From Trypanosoma brucei (Eukaryota): 64,000 bases of DNA. Shown here one piece after another: positions 56,859 through 64,000 of this stretch. Made by a program: the position numbers and the translations under genes. Location: positions 1,216,001 through 1,280,000 of the forward strand of contig CP000069.1 in the NCBI GenBank assembly GCA_000002445.1. The letters are read 5' to 3'. Below the pieces are notes generated by a model that was not told where the DNA came from, did no database searches, and worked only from the letters and a program-made list of their open reading frames with translations. The number at the start of each line of letters is the position of its first letter. Position 1 is the first letter of the stretch.

Positions 56859-59327
56859 CTACAGGGACTTCCCACAAGTGATTTCGAGCAGAAGCGAACG
56901 ATAAAGCGCATTAACGTCGTCTAAACAGCATTTCTCGGACTCCTTGGCATTGTTGATGTCATCGAACCTCAGTTCCACTATATGGCTGAGCTGTCCTCCC
57001 TCTTCTAGTGGCCCAGTTCCACCCGAATTTAGCTCTACACCATCGGCAAAGTACGGCACATGTGTAGGCGGGAAACGAACAATGTCACCCTTTATCGTCC
57101 CAGAAACCCATTCCATAACTTCCCTGCGTTCCCGGTCAATCGCAGCCTGCCTTTCCTCTTCACGTTTTGTCTCGAAATCGTAGCTAACGTTTTCGTTCAT
57201 CCGCAGTGAGTGAATTAGTGCCAGCAGGTCATCCCGACCAATTGGGTGCGAAAGCTTTTCGACTGTTGACCTCATGCTCGCGAATACGTCACTTTCAACT
57301 CTGTCTGCCGCTGTTTTCAAAGAATTCAACTCCACCTCCATCTGCGTGTTCTGTGCCGTAACCGTGCTGATCGTCTTCTCCAACACTACAACTTGAGCCC
57401 CCACTCGGCACTCGTCCGCCTCATTTTGCTCCTTTGCCACCCTTAAACGCACACACATGGCGTTTAACTCAGCTTTCCGTCGCTGAATGGTGATGGATAA
57501 TTCTTGTGTAGCCGCGTCGGCCTCCACAAGAGCCTCATTCTGGGCATCCTCAATGCCCTGGAAGCGCCCTCTCTCAAAAGAATCTTGTGCAACCCTTTGC
57601 CGTTCCTCCTGGTACCTTCTTTCACGTACAGACAGCTCCTCAAGTAGCTCCTGCCGCAACTCACGAACATCCTCAGCACCCTTGCCACGCTCATCTTCTA
57701 TTAACTGCACGTAGTGAAGCTTATCACTCTCTATCTTCTGCCTCTGCTCCTCTATCTGACCTTCCTTCAGACGAATGTCGTCTGTAATACTGCGCAGCTG
57801 ATCGTTGAGAGTCGTGGCGTTTGATTCCATAATTTTCCGACGCGAGCTCTCCTCTGTATGGGCTGCTTCAGCTGCCGCGAGCTTCGCCTTATTAGTCTGC
57901 AACACAACTGATGCAACTTGTAGGCTTCGCTTCTCGGTCTTAATGTCCTGGTCAGTGACGTGAAGGAGTTGCTTTATTGAAGACAAATGACGAGAAACAT
58001 CTTCGCGTTCGGAATGAATTCTCGTAAGTTGAGCCTGGGCGTCTGCCAACCTTCGGTCCAAATCCAATTTATTTTCGTTAAGCAAATTAATAGTACTTTT
58101 TTTCTCTTCAGCAAGCATGTTGGTTGTTGCGCTAAATTTCTCAACTTTCTTTTGTAGATCTCTATTTTTCTCCTCCATTTGCTTCAGGGTGATTTCCTTC
58201 TGGGAAAGTAGTTCTTTGTTCTGCTCAGTGTCGCTCATGAGCTTCTGTACTGAATACTCGACTTGGGCGCTAGACAAACTGTGAGGCTTCGTGTCGCGTT
58301 CAAAGAGCTTGACATCGTTCATGAAGACATCGAGTTGCTGGCGAATGCTCTGCAGTTGCCTCGTGAGCAGTTCGGCGCAGTCGCGAAGCCGGTCAACAGC
58401 TGATAGTTGCTCCCTGTTAAAGCCAGCCGGTGGTGGAGGCACCGCGTAAGCCGCATCAGGACTCAAGTTACTTACTCCATCAGCTTTTTGACCTGACATG
58501 TTGGAAGGCGAAGTCAGAAAGGGAACAACCCCACTATTGTTTCCTTCACCGGTCAAAGTATCCTTTTTCTTTACCACGTGCATGAAAAAGCAGGTATGCA
58601 CCTGTGCCCCTGCCCCACGCCTGACCTTCGAGGGTACCACTACGAAACGAGACCCCTTCTCAGTCATTCCAATAAGCATACCCTCAAACCCCCTCATGTC
58701 TGGTGTAACACTGAGGTGGTTTGTTGGAACACACAATGCAACCGGTTTATCGTCGTGAAGATTTCCATCCAACTTGCTTCCGAGTGTGGGAAGTTCTTTT
58801 CGCGGATTTTCAGCTTGGATAACCCAACAAATATAACGAACCTTCACTTGATCGTTAGCGAGGATAATTCGATCCCTATTCCCCATGGTAACATCACAAG
58901 CAATAATACTCTGCTCCGGAGAGCCAGACACACCGTACATAGCTACAGTTACATGCGCACAGAACTTAATCGCCTCATCCTCTTCTTCAAAAAGCATAGA
59001 CCAGCACCTCCCTTGCTCATCCTTAAAAGATACGTATCCTCCTTCTTGTAGTGCGATACACGCACCCGTTTCATTGTTGGAAGTAATAACTGCAGTGCAC
59101 AGGTACTCACTCCTTTCGTCATAGCAACCCATTTTATAAATGGGAGGATCGGAAAGTGTACCGATAATTGTGCAACCCACCGGCCCATAATCTTCGTATT
59201 GACCACTTTTCTCATCAAAAAGATATAAATTAACTCTTACCAGACATGTGTGTTGGGCTGCCATATCATTCGACGAAGGGTAGACCCCCTGTTTCACTGG
59301 AACCGCTGTTTGCTTTTCTTTCTTCAC
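56859..59327 (-). CDS. FKBP15 (WAFL)-like protein: N-terminal WAFL-type domain + FKBP-type PPIase-like domain + ~550-aa coiled coil
   Basis: CWSMLFEEEDEAIKFCAHVTVAMYG aligns with the human FKBP15 segment NWSIMFESEKAAVEFNKQVCIAKC. GFEGMLIGMTEKGSRFVVVPS aligns with the FKBP-domain segment GWEDGMLGMKKGGKRLLIVPP. The remainder is heptad coiled coil. Confidence 0.6.
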   Translation of the reverse strand: MKKEKQTAVPVKQGVYPSSNDMAAQHTCLVRVNLYLFDEKSGQYEDYGPVGCTIIGTLSDPPIYKMGCYDERSEYLCTAVITSNNETGACIALQEGGYVSFKDEQGRCWSMLFEEEDEAIKFCAHVTVAMYGVSGSPEQSIIACDVTMGNRDRIILANDQVKVRYICWVIQAENPRKELPTLGSKLDGNLHDDKPVALCVPTNHLSVTPDMRGFEGMLIGMTEKGSRFVVVPSKVRRGAGAQVHTCFFMHVVKKKDTLTGEGNNSGVVPFLTSPSNMSGQKADGVSNLSPDAAYAVPPPPAGFNREQLSAVDRLRDCAELLTRQLQSIRQQLDVFMNDVKLFERDTKPHSLSSAQVEYSVQKLMSDTEQNKELLSQKEITLKQMEEKNRDLQKKVEKFSATTNMLAEEKKSTINLLNENKLDLDRRLADAQAQLTRIHSEREDVSRHLSSIKQLLHVTDQDIKTEKRSLQVASVVLQTNKAKLAAAEAAHTEESSRRKIMESNATTLNDQLRSITDDIRLKEGQIEEQRQKIESDKLHYVQLIEDERGKGAEDVRELRQELLEELSVRERRYQEERQRVAQDSFERGRFQGIEDAQNEALVEADAATQELSITIQRRKAELNAMCVRLRVAKEQNEADECRVGAQVVVLEKTISTVTAQNTQMEVELNSLKTAADRVESDVFASMRSTVEKLSHPIGRDDLLALIHSLRMNENVSYDFETKREEERQAAIDRERREVMEWVSGTIKGDIVRFPPTHVPYFADGVELNSGGTGPLEEGGQLSHIVELRFDDINNAKESEKCCLDDVNALYRSLLLEITCGKSL

Positions 59328-59567
59328 CAGAAAGCAGTACGAAAAGAGAGTTGCAGCAACAAACCAGTCCTCCTTAATGATATACTGCCTCGCTTATTAT
59401 TTTATTTTTATGGGGAAAGGGGGAAAAAAGCGGGGAAAAGTAAATGTTAAACCAATATGGCCACGGGGAAACAAGGTGAAGGGAGAGCATCTCGTTAAAA
59501 CTACTAAAAGAGCGACAAATAACCGAAAGCGATATGTGACGGTTTCTTGACGCTTGTTCACCATAAG

Positions 59568-60791
59568 TTACAAAGTGAGCCATTCCTCCTCGTTCGTTGT
59601 TTTCGCGAGTGCCGTGTAATCAACATCTTTAGGGTCCAGTTCTTTGTTGTAATTTGTCAACCACGGTATCAGCAAATTCGACTGCTCATTTGAGAGACGG
59701 AATACGATATCATTCAACCGAACGATGGAACCCTTATCAAGATACGTTGGGGGTAAAAGAAGGTTCCTAATCCGCACCTCAGAAGGTGGGATACCTAGAA
59801 CAAAGCACACGCGCCTTGCAATACCCTCCATTTGCCTGCGATGGGGTAGCTGGCGATTGCGCAACCACGGGTTGTCTGAAGCGATAATAATAAGAGTAAC
59901 ATCATTTCCATTGATGTAAAGAAAGTCGATTATTCCCTGGCAGCTGTCACCAGAAACCAGCGACTCTCTGCTAACACAGTAGTCAAACAGGATGTTATGC
60001 TCCCCTTTGTCACCTGTTACCAACCTCCCAGAGGCCCTTACATTTTCAGCCGTTTTACATTGTAAATACTCCATGTATCGCCTTAGTGACGAGCGGTAAC
60101 CCTCACTATAGTTAAAACCTAAGAAGTCATAAATAATGTCAATTTGACTGTAATTTCTCACAATATGAGCAACTAGCTCCTTAAAGGGGTTTCGCTCATC
60201 CACAAAAATATCATTTGTAACTGGATCCTCAGTGATATAGTTCGTAAACGCTTCATCAAATGTCCCCTGCCGCGCCAAACCATAAATGCAACATAATCGT
60301 TCCATAAACATAAAGTCCCTTGATCCGAATGCTTCCAACCGCATAAACGCGTCACGCAATAATGCCGCCTTATTCACTTCGCCCATCCACCGTAATTTCG
60401 CTACCTCTTCTTGCAGCCACGTCCTGTTCTTTTCTCTCACGACTTCCTTCGGAACCCCTGTCAAAGATGAAATCTGCAAAATATCGGCATTTAAGGCACC
60501 GAAACACTTTCTCCATCCGGACAAAATTTGCTTAAGGTTTTCCTGCTCCTGTCGGATCAATTCTTTTTGATCGTTCGGAAGATTGGGAGGAATGCGCATC
60601 TCCCACTTATTTAACTTCCAACTGAAAATTCGTTCCTCCACAAGTTCAAGCAAACCCAACTCATCCACTTTGCCCCCATCGGTCGCGTAAACAGAGGTAA
60701 CCTGGCTGTGTGTTAACGGGACAGCACCGTAAGTCGCGTGAGATCTTGCCGAGTTCCAACAATTTGCCATGAAATGACAAAACTTTCGCAT
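59568..60791 (-). CDS. hypothetical protein (407 aa), function unknown
   Basis: Clean minus-strand ORF with normal spacing to its neighbours. No motif recognised. Confidence 0.55.
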   Translation of the reverse strand: MRKFCHFMANCWNSARSHATYGAVPLTHSQVTSVYATDGGKVDELGLLELVEERIFSWKLNKWEMRIPPNLPNDQKELIRQEQENLKQILSGWRKCFGALNADILQISSLTGVPKEVVREKNRTWLQEEVAKLRWMGEVNKAALLRDAFMRLEAFGSRDFMFMERLCCIYGLARQGTFDEAFTNYITEDPVTNDIFVDERNPFKELVAHIVRNYSQIDIIYDFLGFNYSEGYRSSLRRYMEYLQCKTAENVRASGRLVTGDKGEHNILFDYCVSRESLVSGDSCQGIIDFLYINGNDVTLIIIASDNPWLRNRQLPHRRQMEGIARRVCFVLGIPPSEVRIRNLLLPPTYLDKGSIVRLNDIVFRLSNEQSNLLIPWLTNYNKELDPKDVDYTALAKTTNEEEWLTL

Positions 60792-61155
60792 CTTCTTCCT
60801 TTCTAACGTTCATACACATGTGAATACGTTGACGCCATTTATTGTCGTTTCAGTGGCAGGTAAACAAAAAAAAAACATTGTAAAAGGGTCAGCACGTATA
60901 TACTTACGTATGACAGACCTTACACAACTATGAATATATATTCCGTGTAGGGGAACCTCCACATACACACAAAAACAACAGCTGATGTAAAAAGGGGTGT
61001 CAACTTTCTAAAGAACAAAACTTCTATCTCCTGTTAAGGATACAGATTCACTACAATAGGTCACCTCCACAATCACTTCCGCTATTTTCCTTCACCAAAC
61101 TTACTTTCCCACACCTCCATAACATATGAACTTGTCTCGACTTTTTAAAAAAAAA

Positions 61156-61605
61156 TCAGTACGACTCCTTTGTGTGAATGTGTCGCAGCCACTCCGCGTC
61201 CAATACGCTGCCACCCCACTCAATATAATGATTATCCATTGGATAGTGCATTGTATAGTCCAAAAAGGGCTTTTCTCCATACTCGCCATAGTAATTCGCA
61301 GCTACCCACTTTGGTATACCAAATGGAAATATAAAGTAACAGGGGAAAAACCACATGAGGAGTCGACGAAGCATCTCCCAAGTGGTTTCATACTTCCGGG
61401 TGTCGCGGTCAATCCATAGTTCCTGACGCCCCCAACCCCAGAACATCCAGAAATTCATCTGGTACTGGGGGAAAACAGAAGTATTAGGTGCTTCACGTGC
61501 GTAGTTAAATGGATACTTGGCTCCCTTCGACATTTCGAATTCTTGATAACGGTATGATAGTCTTCTACATAATCTCAGCATTTTCCAAGATCCTACGTCT
61601 ACCAC
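61156..61605 (-). CDS. small Trp/Tyr/Phe-rich hypothetical protein (149 aa)
   Basis: ORF with 13 Trp and many Tyr/Phe (NFWMFWGWGRQELWIDRD...WFFPCYFIFPFGIPKWVAANYYGEYGEKPF). That composition is not random. Confidence 0.4.
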   Translation of the reverse strand: MVDVGSWKMLRLCRRLSYRYQEFEMSKGAKYPFNYAREAPNTSVFPQYQMNFWMFWGWGRQELWIDRDTRKYETTWEMLRRLLMWFFPCYFIFPFGIPKWVAANYYGEYGEKPFLDYTMHYPMDNHYIEWGGSVLDAEWLRHIHTKESY

Positions 61606-61882
61606 CCCTGGATTGGCAGGGAAAAGAAAGGTTACCTAGTGCGAAAAAATTGAAATAAAATCGGTGATAATAATACATATTGTTACGTAAGCTCCGCACC
61701 TGGTTAACACATTGGAACACTTCTGCCAACACTGCCTCACACATTAAGGAACCTTCGGCGCAGACGTGCAAGAAGTGGAAAATATCTTCATTTTTAACTA
61801 CAAATAAGAAATAGGTTCAACAAGTGAACAAAAAAACGAGCCTGTCACGATGACGAAGTTTTCGTGGAAGAAAAATAAATTT

Positions 61883-62206
61883 TCAACTATCTTCATCAAC
61901 CCCAAAAATACCTTCCCCCAGTTTCCACCAGGCTAGGGTATAAAACATGTGAAGATCATGATGTTTCTCAGCTTCATTCAAGTCGCTCCAGTTGTCACCC
62001 GTAATCGGCCAGTGATACATTGATCTATAAGTTGAAAAATACCACGGGATGTTTTGGTCTAATTTCTTTACGAATGCCGGTTCCTTCATGCCGTGGGGAA
62101 ATTCACCCCGTGTTGTTAACTCTAGATCGGCATACTTCATCCTGAAAAGGATGCTCCGTCGAAGCATGTTTCCACCTTCTACCAACGGCAGCAGGGACAC
62201 TAACAC
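61883..62206 (-). CDS. small Trp-rich hypothetical protein (107 aa)
   Basis: Adjacent ORF with similar aromatic-rich composition (IPWYFSTYRSMYHWPITGDNWSDLNEAEKHHDLHMFYTLAWWKLGE). Confidence 0.4.
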   Translation of the reverse strand: MLVSLLPLVEGGNMLRRSILFRMKYADLELTTRGEFPHGMKEPAFVKKLDQNIPWYFSTYRSMYHWPITGDNWSDLNEAEKHHDLHMFYTLAWWKLGEGIFGVDEDS

Positions 62207-63026
62207 TGAAAAGAAATAACACCAATGTTATAGCACACTGTGCAGAAGCCTACAGAAACGATATGCGAAACCTGCAGTATCTACACTTGAGCAACCACAA
62301 GATCCTAACAAAGCAGAGGAAAGCGGAATAAACAATGAACAAAAATGAAGGAGTATATAACAAACGCTAAAAATTTTTAAATTCAAACAGCAAACAAAAC
62401 AGAACCCTGTACAGCAACCTTTCAAAAGCTAAAAATACTACAAACACACAGAGGTATACAACGAAAAATATGCAACTTCGTATCCTCCCGAACATAGGGG
62501 TCACAGTGCAGTCCAGAAGAAAAAAAGTGTCATAACCATTTCAACGAAAAAACGAAAATATACCCACCCAATCCGGAACAAAGAACTACAAAAATATGAT
62601 ATTTTTATTTTACAAAAGGCCAAACCGACCACGCTAACGTACAAAAAGACGCCTCTAAACATCCTAAATAAGTGTTTATTATCCAAATATTTCCCGAAAG
62701 ACGCGGTGCGCTATTGATTCTTAGCAGCAACCCCAACCACAAATATGCAAATCCCACCACAGTTACAACAAGTACTGAAACGTTCACATAAAGTATAATA
62801 AAATTGTGATGTGGTGAAAGCAGACAACCGGTCGCCAGATATAATAACTTATCCCCCACAACAGCACCTACACTGACGCTTATATATAATAACCCTCGTG
62901 CAGGAGGGAACGAAAGGAGGTGTAGGTGATCAAATAAATAAAACCAATAACGACAGCAACAGTTAATATTGAATAGCATTGAGTCAGGACCAGTAGTACA
63001 CAGAACGGCAAACATATGCATATGCA

Positions 63027-63047
63027 TATATATATATATATATATAT
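63027..63047. repeat. (TA)10 microsatellite
   Basis: Read directly. Confidence 0.85.
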
Positions 63048-64000
63048 CTTTAAAAAACATAGTAAACATTGCCATTCGGTGACACAAACCGTGATCCCGC
63101 TTCTGCCCCTCAATCGCAAACCCACCATCCGTCAAATTCAGCTAAATCCACACAGGTACACAGACACAGGGAACGAAAAGAGCAATTCAAGTGGAGGACC
63201 CTCGGATGTAAGGTCCAACCGACTCATCTTCCGCCCACCCGCTACCACATCACACTCACCACTATGCCAGCACTCCTCCCCAACAACTTTAATGCAAGCC
63301 TGAAAGAAGCGCAGCTGTGGAGCACGGCAGGCAGGACCCCTCAGCAGTGGCCGACAACAACAACCACCACCACCGCATTTTAAGAACTTCAGGATATAGA
63401 ATCCCGAGGGAAATACCGTCGTACGCTGTTTGGTTCATGAGAAAATCGAAGTTCCCGACTCACGGTCACATTCACGGAGGCGAAGAAATCATCAATCGAA
63501 GGTCGGCCCAGGCACTGCCCGCTACCGGGAATACGAAGCAGCAAACAGGGGAGCCACATACAAAGGAAACAGGTGTCATAAACGGGTGACGTCTCAGGCC
63601 GCCGCCGACCCTGGCAACAGCATGGCAAACCCAACCGCGCGGCCAAGGAAACTTTTTTCCGCTGACGGGCAGAACGCCTGCAGTGGAGAAAGGGCGTATA
63701 AGCGAGACGAAGAGGTAGCTCCACAAATAGCGGAAGGGTGCGGACAATGTGAACGAATTAATACGAGCGGGCCGCCTGCCGCGCTACAGCGAAATCCATC
63801 CCTAGAACAGGCGAATTTACTCCTTCGCTACGGGACGCGGAGACCCCAGACTTGGAGGGTGTGGGTGAGTAAAGTTGATGGAAATATAATGAAACCCCTT
63901 AGTGGGAGGAGGATAAGGGCTAAGCATGGTAAAATCTCCAAGGAGTAGGGTCATGGAGGCCGTAGTTTGCCTTTGGAAGAGGAGAATAACCGGGAATTTG

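Noticed and set aside
61156-62206. The idea that the two Trp-rich ORFs are exons of one cis-spliced gene.
   Set aside because: The upstream ORF ends with a genuine stop, no GT…AG intron with a kinetoplastid branch or polypyrimidine configuration stands out in the 277-bp gap, and cis-splicing is limited to a couple of genes in trypanosomatids. Two separate genes is the simpler reading.
62605-63135. A 176-aa minus-strand ORF.
   Set aside because: It is AT-rich and low-complexity, includes a translated TA microsatellite (IYIYIYMHMHM), and is hydrophobic junk with no domain signal.

Overview
This window reads as a kinetoplastid (trypanosomatid) nuclear chromosome segment, not a prokaryotic locus. 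About 30 protein-coding genes are supported, and every one lies on the minus strand. That fits the interior of a single polycistronic transcription unit, with no strand-switch region and no tRNA, rRNA, CRISPR or mobile element visible.

Many proteins are recognisable directly from the ORF translations:
- Two tandem, protein-identical copies of glycosomal GAPDH, each ending in the peroxisomal-type signal -AKL.
- A 4.75-kb segment carrying S-adenosylmethionine decarboxylase (AdoMetDC) plus a helical-repeat (PPR-like) gene, present twice 9,877 bp apart. A catalytically dead AdoMetDC paralogue ('prozyme') lies just upstream.
- Homoserine kinase, a TRM10-like tRNA methyltransferase, an NTF2+RRM (G3BP-like) protein, valyl-tRNA synthetase, soluble HMG-CoA reductase, eIF3 subunit d, KRR1, a MINDY-type deubiquitinase, a kinesin, TRAP-beta, an Sm-like protein, an FKBP15-like coiled-coil protein, an MNS1-like coiled-coil protein and several hypothetical proteins.

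The gGAPDH tandem and the AdoMetDC x2 plus prozyme arrangement match what I recall for Trypanosoma brucei chromosome 6. This is from memory and was not checked by search.

Most longest-ORF starts in the supplied track are N-terminal over-extensions. I re-set starts where homology or an upstream polypyrimidine tract/AG pointed to an internal ATG. The plus-strand ORFs are antisense shadows of GC-rich minus-strand coding sequence.

The most interesting structures are the two near-identical duplications and the prozyme with its 2.7-kb ORF-free downstream flank. I found nothing that needs a new biological system to explain it. The candidates for undescribed function are two adjacent Trp/Tyr-rich small ORFs and several long ORF-free spacers that could hold ncRNAs.
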